From an uncultured Bacilli bacterium (GTDB lineage: Bacteria > Bacillota_I > Bacilli_A > RF39 > UBA660), in NCBI GenBank assembly GCA_934098525.1, contig CAKONZ010000002.1, positions 53,442 through 117,441 on the forward strand: DNA of 64,000 nt, read 5' to 3'. Positions 1-10,115 of this stretch are shown here, piece by piece. The notes below the pieces were generated by a model. That model made no database searches. It saw only the letters and a list, made by a program, of their open reading frames with translations, and had not been told where the DNA came from. Made by a program: the position numbers and the translations under genes. The first letter of the stretch is position 1. Every line of letters starts with the position of its first letter.

Positions 1-424
<424 letters not shown>

Positions 425-430
425 CTAATT

Positions 431-469
431 AAATATATTATAAAAATAAGGAAACATTTAATCGTTTCC
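431..469 (-). terminator. intrinsic terminator/attenuator hairpin in the trpS leader
   Basis: Stem GGAAAC / GTTTCC (450-469) has an 8-nt loop. On the minus strand it is followed by TTATTTTTAT, and it sits immediately upstream of the trpS RBS. Confidence 0.5.
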
Positions 470-675
470 TAAAAACCATTAAACTCTTCTTTTAAAGGCC
501 AAAAGGCCAAATAATTTTTAAATTATTAAATTCCCAAACAAATGACAAAATAAAATAACAAATACTACTCATTTTATCATCTCCTAACAAATAAATTATA
601 ACATATAACCAACAAACTTCAACAAATTTTTAAATATTTAAATATTAAAACATATTATTTTATTAGGGTGATAAC

Positions 676-1377
676 ATGTTATTAAATATTATAAACTTAT
701 TAAAATCTTTAATGTTTTTCAAAGCCTCTTACTCAAATAATGTATTTTTAGAACCATTATCTAAAGAAGATGAAGAAAAATATATAGATTTATTATTAAA
801 AAAAGATAAAGAAGCCAGAAATATTCTCATTGAACATAACCTAAGATTAGTGGCTCACATAGTAAAAAAATTTGAAAGTACCAAAGTTGATACAGATGAT
901 CTTATAAGTATTGGAACTATAGGTTTAATAAAAGGAATAGATTCTTATTCTTTAAAACACGGAACAAAAATAACAACTTATTGTGCTCGTTGTATTGAAA
1001 ATGAAATACTAATGTACTTTAGAAGTAATAAAAAAAATAATCAAAATATATCATTAGATGATCCTATTGGATATGACAAAGAAGGAAACGATATAACTAT
1101 ATTAGATGTTTTAAAAGCTCCTAAACCAGATTATGTAGAAGAATTATTTAAAAAAGATAATATAGTATTATTAAACAAATATTTATTAATCTTAACTCCT
1201 CGAGAAAAAGAAATAATAAAAAGAAGATACGGATTTAACGAATATGATGAACAAACTCAAAAAGAAATAGCCAAGGATCTAAAAATTTCAAGAAGTTATG
1301 TATCCAGAATAGAAAAAAGAGCAATTACAAAAATACTTAGAGAATTTATGAAAAATAACAATTTCAATAATGAATAA
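676..1377 (+). CDS. sigK: RNA polymerase sporulation sigma factor SigK (pro-sigma-K, uninterrupted)
   Basis: Sigma-70 regions 2 and 4 are present. The N-terminal ASYSNNVFLEPLSKEDEEKY resembles the B. subtilis pro-sigma-K processing site SYVKNNAFPQPLSSSEEKKY. RBS GGGTGA precedes the ATG. Confidence 0.8.
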   Translation: MLLNIINLLKSLMFFKASYSNNVFLEPLSKEDEEKYIDLLLKKDKEARNILIEHNLRLVAHIVKKFESTKVDTDDLISIGTIGLIKGIDSYSLKHGTKITTYCARCIENEILMYFRSNKKNNQNISLDDPIGYDKEGNDITILDVLKAPKPDYVEELFKKDNIVLLNKYLLILTPREKEIIKRRYGFNEYDEQTQKEIAKDLKISRSYVSRIEKRAITKILREFMKNNNFNNE

Positions 1378-1413
1378 ATTATGATATAATATCACAAAAG
1401 GAGGAAATTAATT

Positions 1414-1911
1414 ATGAATAATATAGTAGAAGCAACAGTAGAAATTCCAGCAGGAACAAAAAACAAATATGAAATAGATAAAGTTAATCATAGAATTAAA
1501 TTAAATAGAGTTCAATACTCTTCAATGACTTATCCAGCAGAATATGGTTTCATCGAAAATACACTAGAAAAAGATGGTGATCCTCTTGACATTTTAATTC
1601 TAACAAGCGAACCAACATTTCCAGGATGTATAATTGATGCCAAAATAGTAGGAGTTTTAAAAACAATCGACAATGGTTTTGAAGATAATAAAATTATAGC
1701 AGTAAATCATACTGATCCTAGATTTGATGATATTGAAAAACTAAGCGACATTAAAGAACATACTCTATCTGAAATTAAACACTTCTTTGCAAATTATAAA
1801 ACATTACAAAATATAAAAGTTGAAGTATTTGACTTTTATGATAAAGAAGAAGCACTTAAAATATTAGAAACTTGTAGAAAAAGATATCAAGAAAAAAAAG
1901 AGGTTGAATAA
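1414..1911 (+). CDS. ppa: inorganic pyrophosphatase (family I)
   Basis: Matches at 165 aa, with EIPAGTKNKYE and DGDPLDIL motifs typical of soluble family I PPase. RBS is AAGGAGG. Confidence 0.9.
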   Translation: MNNIVEATVEIPAGTKNKYEIDKVNHRIKLNRVQYSSMTYPAEYGFIENTLEKDGDPLDILILTSEPTFPGCIIDAKIVGVLKTIDNGFEDNKIIAVNHTDPRFDDIEKLSDIKEHTLSEIKHFFANYKTLQNIKVEVFDFYDKEEALKILETCRKRYQEKKEVE

Positions 1912-1926
1912 CCTCTTTTCTTATTC
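1897..1926. terminator. bidirectional rho-independent terminator (ppa / convergent gene)
   Basis: Hairpin AAGAGGTT-gaata-AACCTCTT is followed by TTTCTTATT. The ppa stop codon lies in the loop. Confidence 0.6.
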
Positions 1927-2535
1927 ATAAAAAGTAACCTCTATCTTTTTAACATAATAATTCTTATCATTTCCTAAATATATTTTTTGAATAGCGTTAT
2001 ACTCTCCCTTTACATCATAAGTTAAAATAATACCATCATTAACTTTTTCTATATCAGAAAGCTTATAAGTCTCTTCATCAAAATCATTCTTTTTAAATCT
2101 TATTTGATAAGTATCATCTGTTATTTTTTTTACATAATCATTTCCATATATATAATCTTTTAAATTATAATTACTTATATTAAAATACTTTTTTATTAAT
2201 TCATTAATGTCATTATAACTTACATCAATATATTTAAAATCATCTAATTCATACAAATTATCATTCTTATAATACACATAATAACAATAAACAAAATAAG
2301 AAATCTTTGTATCATCAAATGAATCTATATTAAATAAAAAACTATTTCCAGTAGAATTTTGAAATACTTTAACATAATCATTGAAATATTCCTCATCATT
2401 CTTATTCTCAATACTAATATTATCATTATCAATTTCAATAGGTTTCTTTTCTTTATAATAAATAAAGCATAAAACAACACACAAAATAATAATCAATATA
2501 AATAATTTAAATCTTTTCCTCATTACTACTACCAC
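1921..2535 (-). CDS. hypothetical membrane-anchored/secreted protein
   Basis: ORF with an N-terminal hydrophobic segment and Y/N/K-rich composition. No recognisable domain. Confidence 0.4.
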   Translation of the reverse strand: MVVVMRKRFKLFILIIILCVVLCFIYYKEKKPIEIDNDNISIENKNDEEYFNDYVKVFQNSTGNSFLFNIDSFDDTKISYFVYCYYVYYKNDNLYELDDFKYIDVSYNDINELIKKYFNISNYNLKDYIYGNDYVKKITDDTYQIRFKKNDFDEETYKLSDIEKVNDGIILTYDVKGEYNAIQKIYLGNDKNYYVKKIEVTFYE

Positions 2536-3154
2536 TCATTCTAATTAATTCAATATTACTATAATCTTTCAATATAAAAGATGAACTAACAACTATATCT
2601 ACATTTTCTAAATAACTTAAATTACTATCATTAATACCACCATCAATACTAATCTTAACATTTAAATTATTATCACTAATAACCTTTCTCAAGCTATTCA
2701 CCTTATCCATCGAAGAATGAATAAACTCTTGACCACTCTTACCTGGTTCAACTGACATAACTAAAATTAAATTACAATCTTTCAAATATGGAATAACTTT
2801 TTCAATTGAAGTTTCTGGTTTAATAGCTATTCCAATCTTAAAACCATACATTTTAGCTTGATTAAAAATACTATCAAAGTTCTTTAACTCTCTATGAATA
2901 GTAATATAATCTATTTTTCTAAGAGCAATTTTTTCTATATACTTAATAGGATCATTAACCATAAAATGTATATCTACCTTTTTTTTACATATATCAATAA
3001 GTTTACATAATTCACTAACAGAAAGATTCTTATTATCAACAAACTTACCATCCATAACATCAAAATGTATATAATCTGTACTAGTATTATTAAGTTTTTT
3101 AATCAAATCAGTATAATCATTATTAGATAAAAATGATGTTGAAACTTCTTTCAT
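2507..3154 (-). CDS. rpe: ribulose-phosphate 3-epimerase
   Basis: HFDVMDG motif and TIM-barrel Rpe length. Conserved position downstream of rsgA/prkC. Confidence 0.9.
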   Translation of the reverse strand: MKEVSTSFLSNNDYTDLIKKLNNTSTDYIHFDVMDGKFVDNKNLSVSELCKLIDICKKKVDIHFMVNDPIKYIEKIALRKIDYITIHRELKNFDSIFNQAKMYGFKIGIAIKPETSIEKVIPYLKDCNLILVMSVEPGKSGQEFIHSSMDKVNSLRKVISDNNLNVKISIDGGINDSNLSYLENVDIVVSSSFILKDYSNIELIRMSGSSNEEKI

Positions 3155-3157
3155 ATC

Positions 3158-3985
3158 CTACCTCTTCTCTATTATCTTTTTATAATTTTCATATCTAGAA
3201 GATAATATTTTTCCACTCATTACAGCTTTTTTTACTTCACATTCTTTTTCATTTATATGCATACAATTATCATACAAACAATTATATTTATCAAAATCAA
3301 TAAAACTCTTTCTAATTTCTTCATCACTAAGATTACTTAAATCAATAGCAGAAAATCCTGGAGTATCTAAAACCTTACCATTATATAAATTAACTAACGT
3401 AACATATCTAGTAGTATGTTTTCCTCTTCCTAAAGCTTTACTTATTTCATTAACTTCAAAATTAAGACTTTTATCAAGTTTATTCATTAAACTTGACTTA
3501 CCAGCTCCTGTTTGTCCAGTAAAAACTGTAGTCTTATTTTTAAATAATCTTTTAATCTTAAAAATATCAGTATTAAATACCACTTTAAAACCTAATTTTT
3601 TATAATACTTTATATATTGTTTTATTTTTTTATATTCATTCTTATTTAATAAATCTTTTTTAGTAAAACAAATAACTGGTTTTATATTATTAGATAAACA
3701 CACTACTAATAGCTTATCTAACAAATAATCAGAAAAATTTGGTTCCTTTAAACTAGTAACAATAAAAGCCTGATCAATGTTAGAAACATTTGGTCTCAAT
3801 AAACTATTTTTTCTTGGTAAAATTTCTAATATATATTTATTTTCAATATCAAAGAAAACATAATCTCCAACTTGAGGAGTTATGTTTTCTACTCTAAATT
3901 TTCCTCTTGATTTACATATATAAGTCTTTTTATCACACAAGACAAAATAATCATTACTAACAATTTTAATTATTTGTCCTTTCAT
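3158..3985 (-). CDS. rsgA: ribosome small-subunit-dependent GTPase A (YloQ/CpgA)
   Basis: Walker A GQTGAGKSSLMN, circularly permuted GTPase layout, and a C-terminal Cys/His zinc finger CMHINEKECEV. Confidence 0.9.
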   Translation of the reverse strand: MKGQIIKIVSNDYFVLCDKKTYICKSRGKFRVENITPQVGDYVFFDIENKYILEILPRKNSLLRPNVSNIDQAFIVTSLKEPNFSDYLLDKLLVVCLSNNIKPVICFTKKDLLNKNEYKKIKQYIKYYKKLGFKVVFNTDIFKIKRLFKNKTTVFTGQTGAGKSSLMNKLDKSLNFEVNEISKALGRGKHTTRYVTLVNLYNGKVLDTPGFSAIDLSNLSDEEIRKSFIDFDKYNCLYDNCMHINEKECEVKKAVMSGKILSSRYENYKKIIEKR

Positions 3986-3988
3986 TAA

Positions 3989-5722
3989 CTATTCTCCCTC
4001 TACATTGGAATCATCAGGTTTATCAGGGGTAACATCATAATTAGTTCTAGCCTTAGCAACAACAATCTTAAATGTCGCACCACTAGTTACTACTGAATCT
4101 GCTTCCCTACTTTGTTCAATTATTACACCAGGTTCATAATCATCTGTTTCTTTATATTCAACTATCAAAGAAACACCCTTTTCATTAGCCCATTCAGAAA
4201 CCTTTTCAACAGTCCAAGCCTCAGTAACAAAATTTGGATACTTCTCAACCTTTTTAGGTATATAAATAGTTATCTTATCACCAGCTTTTAACTCAGTGCC
4301 TGGTTCAACATCTTGTGCTACAATCTCTTGTTTATCATATTTCTTTTCATTTGTATCCTTAACTTCTTTTTCTTCTACATTAACTTCAATACCATACATC
4401 TCAGTAAGTAAAGTTTTAATTTCGATATAATTCTTTCCTGTCAAATCCTCTACTTTATACTTCTTCATACCTGTAGAAATAATTAAAGTAATACTAGTAC
4501 CAGCTTTAACAGTTCTACCCTTCGAAGGATTAGTACCAATAACCTTTCCCTCTTCAACTTTATCAGAAGCCTTTTCAATCACATCAACATTAACATCTAA
4601 ACCTAATTTTTCTAACTCTTTCTCAGCAGTTTCAACTGTATAATTATTTACATCTGGTATAGTTACATCTGGAACTTTAGAAATATTAGGTAAAATTATA
4701 AATATAAATAACAAAGCAAGTATCATCACAAATACAGAAGCTCCAAGAATTACAATCTTTTTATTTTTTTTCTCTTCATCCTCTTCAGTTATTTGTTCAA
4801 CAAAACTTTTATCTTTATTATTATCATTAGTAACTATTTCTTGATTTTCATCTATTCCTTCAGAATATTTAAATTTAATTAATGGTTCATTTTTACGATC
4901 TTTATCTAAAACTGTTTTTAAATCTTCATACATTTCATTAGCATTAGCATATCTATTCTTAGGATTCTTAGCAGTTGCTTTTAAAACAACATTTTCAACA
5001 CTTTGAGGAACATCAGGTAAAACATCTCTAATTCTAGGCATAGGTTCTTTTAAATGCTTTAAAGCAATCTCTACAGCATTATCTCCTCTAAAAGGAAGTT
5101 CTCCTACTATAAGCTCATACATCATAATTCCTAAAGAATAAACATCGCTCTTTAGTGTAGCACCTTTACCACTTGCTTGTTCAGGTGGAAAATAATGAAC
5201 AGAACCCATAGCAGAATTAGTTTGAGTAAGTTGTGTAGCATTTAAAGCCATAGCAATACCAAAATCAGTTATTTTAATACCACCATCATCTTTTATTAAA
5301 ATATTTTGTGGTTTTAAATCTCTATGAATAATTAAATTATCATGAGCAACACTCATAGCACTAGTGATTTGTAGCATAATATCTACAACCTCACTGACTG
5401 TAAGTCCTCCTCTTTTTTTAATTAACTGTTTCAAATTTTTTCCTGGAACATATTCCATTACAATAAAATAGTCCCCATTATCTTCACCAACATCATATAT
5501 TTCTACAATATTAGGATGAGAAAGACTAGAAGCAGACAAAGCCTCACGTTGAAAACGTCTTACAAACTTTTCATCTGTAGCTAAATCCCCTCTTAAGACC
5601 TTTATAGCAACTTTCCTATCTAAAATAGTATCTTTAGCTAAATAAACATTAGCCATTCCACCTTCACCAATAGTGGTTAATATTTCATACCTATCATTAA
5701 CCTTTTGTCCCTTGACTATCAT
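3989..5722 (-). CDS. prkC: Ser/Thr protein kinase with PASTA repeats
   Basis: HRDLKPQNILI and DFGIA kinase motifs, a central TM segment, and C-terminal repeated PASTA-like modules. Confidence 0.9.
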   Translation of the reverse strand: MIVKGQKVNDRYEILTTIGEGGMANVYLAKDTILDRKVAIKVLRGDLATDEKFVRRFQREALSASSLSHPNIVEIYDVGEDNGDYFIVMEYVPGKNLKQLIKKRGGLTVSEVVDIMLQITSAMSVAHDNLIIHRDLKPQNILIKDDGGIKITDFGIAMALNATQLTQTNSAMGSVHYFPPEQASGKGATLKSDVYSLGIMMYELIVGELPFRGDNAVEIALKHLKEPMPRIRDVLPDVPQSVENVVLKATAKNPKNRYANANEMYEDLKTVLDKDRKNEPLIKFKYSEGIDENQEIVTNDNNKDKSFVEQITEEDEEKKNKKIVILGASVFVMILALLFIFIILPNISKVPDVTIPDVNNYTVETAEKELEKLGLDVNVDVIEKASDKVEEGKVIGTNPSKGRTVKAGTSITLIISTGMKKYKVEDLTGKNYIEIKTLLTEMYGIEVNVEEKEVKDTNEKKYDKQEIVAQDVEPGTELKAGDKITIYIPKKVEKYPNFVTEAWTVEKVSEWANEKGVSLIVEYKETDDYEPGVIIEQSREADSVVTSGATFKIVVAKARTNYDVTPDKPDDSNVEGE

Positions 5723-6465
5723 TTAGTATCACACTCCCCATTTTTTACTAAATATGCTATTGAAATATTATCATTTCCACCCCTATTATTAGCTTTTCGT
5801 ATAAGCTTTACAACTTTTTCTTCAACAGACAAATCACTAACCAAAACCTTTTCAATAATTTCATTATCAACCATTGAAGTAAGACCATCAGATGAAAGTA
5901 AAATCTCATCAATGTCCATACTACAATCAAAAATATCTATCTCAACAGGATCATTAATCCCTAAAGCATTCATAAGTATATTTTTTTTAGGATGATTTTT
6001 TGCTTCTTCCGCAGTTAATTCTCCTGCTGTTACTAATAAATTAACTAAAGTATGATCATATGTGACTTTATGTAACTTTCCACCCTTCATAACAAAACCA
6101 GAAGAATCTCCTATATTACCAAATAAAATATAATCATTAGTTACTAAAGCACAAACAAGTGTTGTTCCCATTCCCTTACTTTCAGGATTTTCATCACTAT
6201 GTTTAAAAATCAAACTATTGATTTCATTAGCACTACTTCTTAACCATTCAATAGCGTCAAGCTTACTCATCTTAAAAAAACTTTCATTGAATCGTTTTCC
6301 TAAATAAGAAATAGCAATAGATGAAGCCACTTCACCTGCTCTATGACCACCCATACCATCTGCTATAGCCATCAGATAACTACCCTCATTATTTTTTATA
6401 ATAATTACGCTGTCTTCATTATGATCTCTTACTATACCTGTATCAGTTAAATAAAATGTTTCCAT
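5719..6465 (-). CDS. prpC: PP2C-family Ser/Thr phosphatase
   Basis: IADGMGGH motif and DNIS motif. Overlaps prkC by 4 nt, as in the conserved stp-stk operon. Confidence 0.9.
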   Translation of the reverse strand: METFYLTDTGIVRDHNEDSVIIIKNNEGSYLMAIADGMGGHRAGEVASSIAISYLGKRFNESFFKMSKLDAIEWLRSSANEINSLIFKHSDENPESKGMGTTLVCALVTNDYILFGNIGDSSGFVMKGGKLHKVTYDHTLVNLLVTAGELTAEEAKNHPKKNILMNALGINDPVEIDIFDCSMDIDEILLSSDGLTSMVDNEIIEKVLVSDLSVEEKVVKLIRKANNRGGNDNISIAYLVKNGECDTK

Positions 6466-6466
6466 C

Positions 6467-7483
6467 TTATTCCTCCTTTTTTGCCCTCAATTGTCCACAT
6501 GCAGCAGATATTTTTGAACCAAATTCTCTTCTGATTGTTACATTTATACCTTCTTTTTTAATTATATCATAAAATTTTAAAATTTCATCTTTTTTACTTC
6601 TTTTATACAAAAAATTACTATTTTCATTGTAAGGTATCAAATTAACATATGCATTCATACCCCTAATCAAATTAGCTAACTCTAATGCTTCCTTCTTACT
6701 ATCATTAATTCCATCTAACAAAATATATTCAAAAGTAACTCTTCTATTAGTATTTTTTATATATTCTTTTAAAGCAACTATTAAATCTTTTAATGGATAT
6801 GCTCTATTAACAGGCATAATTTTACTTCTAAGTTCATCATTTGGAGCATGTAAACTAATAGCAAGATTAACTTGATATGGAAGCTTAGAAAACTCTTTTA
6901 TCTTAGGAATAATTCCACATGTAGAAACAGTAATATGACGAGACCCTATATTAAGACCCTTATAATAATTCGCTATACTAATAAACTTAACAATATTATC
7001 ATAATTATCAAAAGGTTCACCTATTCCCATAATAACAATATGTGTAATCCTCTTCCTTATAAGACTCTCAACTATCATAATCTGTAAAATCATTTCTCCA
7101 GCAGTTAAATCCCTTTGTTTCTTTAGTCTTCCACTCTCACAAAAAGAACACCCCATATTACAACCAACTTGACTAGAAATACACAAACTAAGACCATAAT
7201 TATGTCTCATAAGTACACATTCTATATGATTATTATCATGTAATTTAAACAAATACTTATTTACATCCTCATCTTTTTCCTCTTTTACTAACTCTAATCT
7301 ATCCATATTAAAACTATCCTTAAGTTTTAATATCAAATCCTTACTTAAATTACTCATCTCATCAAAAGATGAAACCCTTTTATCATACAACCATTCAAAT
7401 ATTTGTCCAGCTCTATATTTTTTCTCATTAATACTAAGTAAATAATTCTCTAACTCTTCATATGTCAAATTATAAATACTCAT
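6467..7483 (-). CDS. rlmN: 23S rRNA/tRNA adenine-C2 methyltransferase, radical SAM
   Basis: CNMGCSFC radical-SAM cluster motif plus a second conserved Cys near the C-terminus. Conserved neighbourhood. Confidence 0.9.
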   Translation of the reverse strand: MSIYNLTYEELENYLLSINEKKYRAGQIFEWLYDKRVSSFDEMSNLSKDLILKLKDSFNMDRLELVKEEKDEDVNKYLFKLHDNNHIECVLMRHNYGLSLCISSQVGCNMGCSFCESGRLKKQRDLTAGEMILQIMIVESLIRKRITHIVIMGIGEPFDNYDNIVKFISIANYYKGLNIGSRHITVSTCGIIPKIKEFSKLPYQVNLAISLHAPNDELRSKIMPVNRAYPLKDLIVALKEYIKNTNRRVTFEYILLDGINDSKKEALELANLIRGMNAYVNLIPYNENSNFLYKRSKKDEILKFYDIIKKEGINVTIRREFGSKISAACGQLRAKKEE

Positions 7484-7492
7484 AACTTCCTC

Positions 7493-9250
7493 CTATAATT
7501 CCTCATTTAAATACTTTTTTAGTTCTACAGCAACATCTCTTGGTATTATTTTACTAAGATCTTCTATATCAGCTTCTTTTATCTTATTAATAGTCTTATA
7601 CTTTAACAAAAGTTGTTTTCTTCTCTTTTCTCCAATTCCCGAAACATTATCTAAAATACTTGCTAAACTACCTTTAGACTTTATATCTCTATGATAACTA
7701 ATTGCAAAACGATGAACCTCATCTTGCATTCTTGTTAAATACAAAAATAAATTATTATTTAAAACCTTTACTTCTCTTCCATCAGACATAACTATCATAC
7801 TTGTTCTATGTTTATCATCTTTCTTTAGTCCTATAACTAAAATATCAAGTCCCAAAGAATTTATAATATCAAGAGCAACCCTAACTTGATTAAGACCACC
7901 ATCTACTATAACAAGATCAGGAAGCATAGATTTTTCTAAAAGAAGTCTATAATATCTTCTATAAATAACCTCTTTCATAGCAGACAAATCATCTTTAACT
8001 AAAGAATCAATTTTATACTTACGATACTCCTTTTTATTAGCAATAAAATCATCAAAAACAACCATACCACCAACATAATAAGTACCAAACAAATGAGAAT
8101 TATCAAATAATTCAATTCTATGAATATTTCTTCCTAAAATATCATTCAAATTCTTAATAGCCTCCGCTCTAATATCATCATTTCTTTTAATCAACTCTTG
8201 CTTTTCCTTAGAATAAATAGAAGCATTTAAATTAGCCATATTAAGTATTTTCTTCACATCACCCTTTTTAGGAGAAACAACAGAAACACCTAAGCACTCA
8301 GTAAGTGTAGAAGTATCAGCAATATCATTAACCACTATTTGCTTAGGCAAATCATACTTATCATAAAACTCTATAATATATCTATTATAAACATCCTCAT
8401 AATCAATAAAATCATTAATAATTTTGTTATGTTTACCAATAACAACTCCCTCTCTAACAAACAAAACCTCAATAGTCAAAAAATTAGTACTAACATCAAA
8501 ACCAAAAACATCAAAATTATACTTAATATTAGAAACAATAATCTGTTTACTAATAGTAGTCTTAATATCAGAAATAATATTCTTAATCTCAAGAGCCTTT
8601 TCGTAATTTAAAGAATCACTATAAGAAATCATTTGCTTTTCTAACTTTTCCACTATCATTTTGTAATCACCATTCAAAAAAGCAGTTATTTCCTTAACCA
8701 TCTTATCTATAACACTCTTATCTACATCATATTTACAATACCCTAAGCACTGATTAATATGATAATATAAACAAACATCTTTTTTTAAATGATCACATTT
8801 TTTTAATGGATAAATCCTATTAATCAAATCAACAGTATTTCTAGCACTAACAACATTCGGATAAGGTCCAAATAACTTATCCTTAACCTTTTTTCTCTCC
8901 TTTTTTCTAACAATCTTAACACTTGGATACTTCTCATTTGTAAGAGCTATATAAGGATAAGTCTTATCATCCTTAAGTAAAATATTATACTTAGGATTAT
9001 ATTTTTTAATCAAATTAATTTCTAATATCAAACACTCCCTATTAGTATTAGTAACAATATAATCAAAATCATTAATATGTTCAACCAAAGCTTTAGTCTT
9101 TCCAGTATGAGTCTGCATAAAATAAGACTTAACTCTATTTTTTAAATTCTTTGCTTTTCCAACATAAATAATATTACCATCAACATCTTTCATCAAATAA
9201 CAACCTGGTTTAGTAGGTAATAACTTTAATTTTTCTCTTATCAAATCCAT
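7493..9250 (-). CDS. uvrC: excinuclease ABC subunit C
   Basis: N-terminal GIY-YIG (GCYLMKD...IIYVGKAKNLKNRVKSY) and C-terminal HhH. Start is chosen at MDLIREKL, which has AGGATG-type RBS spacing. Confidence 0.9.
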   Translation of the reverse strand: MDLIREKLKLLPTKPGCYLMKDVDGNIIYVGKAKNLKNRVKSYFMQTHTGKTKALVEHINDFDYIVTNTNRECLILEINLIKKYNPKYNILLKDDKTYPYIALTNEKYPSVKIVRKKERKKVKDKLFGPYPNVVSARNTVDLINRIYPLKKCDHLKKDVCLYYHINQCLGYCKYDVDKSVIDKMVKEITAFLNGDYKMIVEKLEKQMISYSDSLNYEKALEIKNIISDIKTTISKQIIVSNIKYNFDVFGFDVSTNFLTIEVLFVREGVVIGKHNKIINDFIDYEDVYNRYIIEFYDKYDLPKQIVVNDIADTSTLTECLGVSVVSPKKGDVKKILNMANLNASIYSKEKQELIKRNDDIRAEAIKNLNDILGRNIHRIELFDNSHLFGTYYVGGMVVFDDFIANKKEYRKYKIDSLVKDDLSAMKEVIYRRYYRLLLEKSMLPDLVIVDGGLNQVRVALDIINSLGLDILVIGLKKDDKHRTSMIVMSDGREVKVLNNNLFLYLTRMQDEVHRFAISYHRDIKSKGSLASILDNVSGIGEKRRKQLLLKYKTINKIKEADIEDLSKIIPRDVAVELKKYLNEEL

Positions 9251-9260
9251 ACAAATCATC

Positions 9261-10031
9261 CTAACTTCGTTTTTTACTAGACATATATCTATTAATATAA
9301 ATAGGTAAATTTAATGACTTACCATTCAAATAATTAATTGCCTCAAGCAAAGTAACATCATCTTTTCCCAGTGTTACACTAAAACTCTTACTAACAACTC
9401 CCGAAACAAATTCTGCCAAATATAACTTATCTTCTAAACAAACTTCATCTTTCTCTTTATTTTCTCTATCACCCAAAAAATCTTTCAAACTTACTGAAAG
9501 AGAAAACAAAATATTTTCATATATATTCTTCTCTAAAGATGTAATTTCATAACCCATATGTTTAGCAAATTCTATTAAATTATCTGCATTATTTTTAATA
9601 TTCTTATAATTATAACTTCTAAGATTAATCATTGGTAAATCTTTCAATGAAGAATAAGCATACTCCTCAGGAACCATAATACATTTTATTTTAGACCTAT
9701 CAATCTTATCCTTAACAAATACCTCATCATTATAATTAATATACTCTTCATTATAATCATAAATAAAATCAACATCTTCAACAATAAAACTAATTCCTTT
9801 TTTAGCAAACCTATTATAAGATGAATTAACTCCATTATCAACATAAATATATCTAATCATAGATATATATTCATCAAAATTATAACCATCAAAATTTCTA
9901 GCCAAATTAACATTTTCTCTTAAAGCAGACTTTTCTGACAATATACCATGTTCTAATATAGAAGAAAACTTAAATAAATTAAAACCAACTGAATGAATTA
10001 AAGTATTTTCACTAAACTTATAATAATCCAT
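9261..10031 (-). CDS. hypothetical protein
   Basis: ORF with no recognisable domain. Likely start at MDYYKF (ATG 10031-10029), preceded by RBS GGTGGTGA and an extended -10 TGcTATAAT at 10047-10055. Confidence 0.4.
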   Translation of the reverse strand: MDYYKFSENTLIHSVGFNLFKFSSILEHGILSEKSALRENVNLARNFDGYNFDEYISMIRYIYVDNGVNSSYNRFAKKGISFIVEDVDFIYDYNEEYINYNDEVFVKDKIDRSKIKCIMVPEEYAYSSLKDLPMINLRSYNYKNIKNNADNLIEFAKHMGYEITSLEKNIYENILFSLSVSLKDFLGDRENKEKDEVCLEDKLYLAEFVSGVVSKSFSVTLGKDDVTLLEAINYLNGKSLNLPIYINRYMSSKKRS

Positions 10032-10115
10032 AATATCACCACCTAAATTATAGCAAAACAACGATATAAATAAAAGAAAAAGAAACAATTAATGTTTCTT
10101 TATAAATGGAAATAA

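Noticed and set aside
5705-8611. Plus-strand ORFs 5705-5995, 6872-7087, 8339-8611 and 8424-8606 from the six-frame track
   Set aside because: They lie entirely antisense inside well-supported genes (prkC/prpC, rlmN, uvrC). They have low-complexity I/L/N/K composition typical of AT-rich antisense frames, and no RBS.
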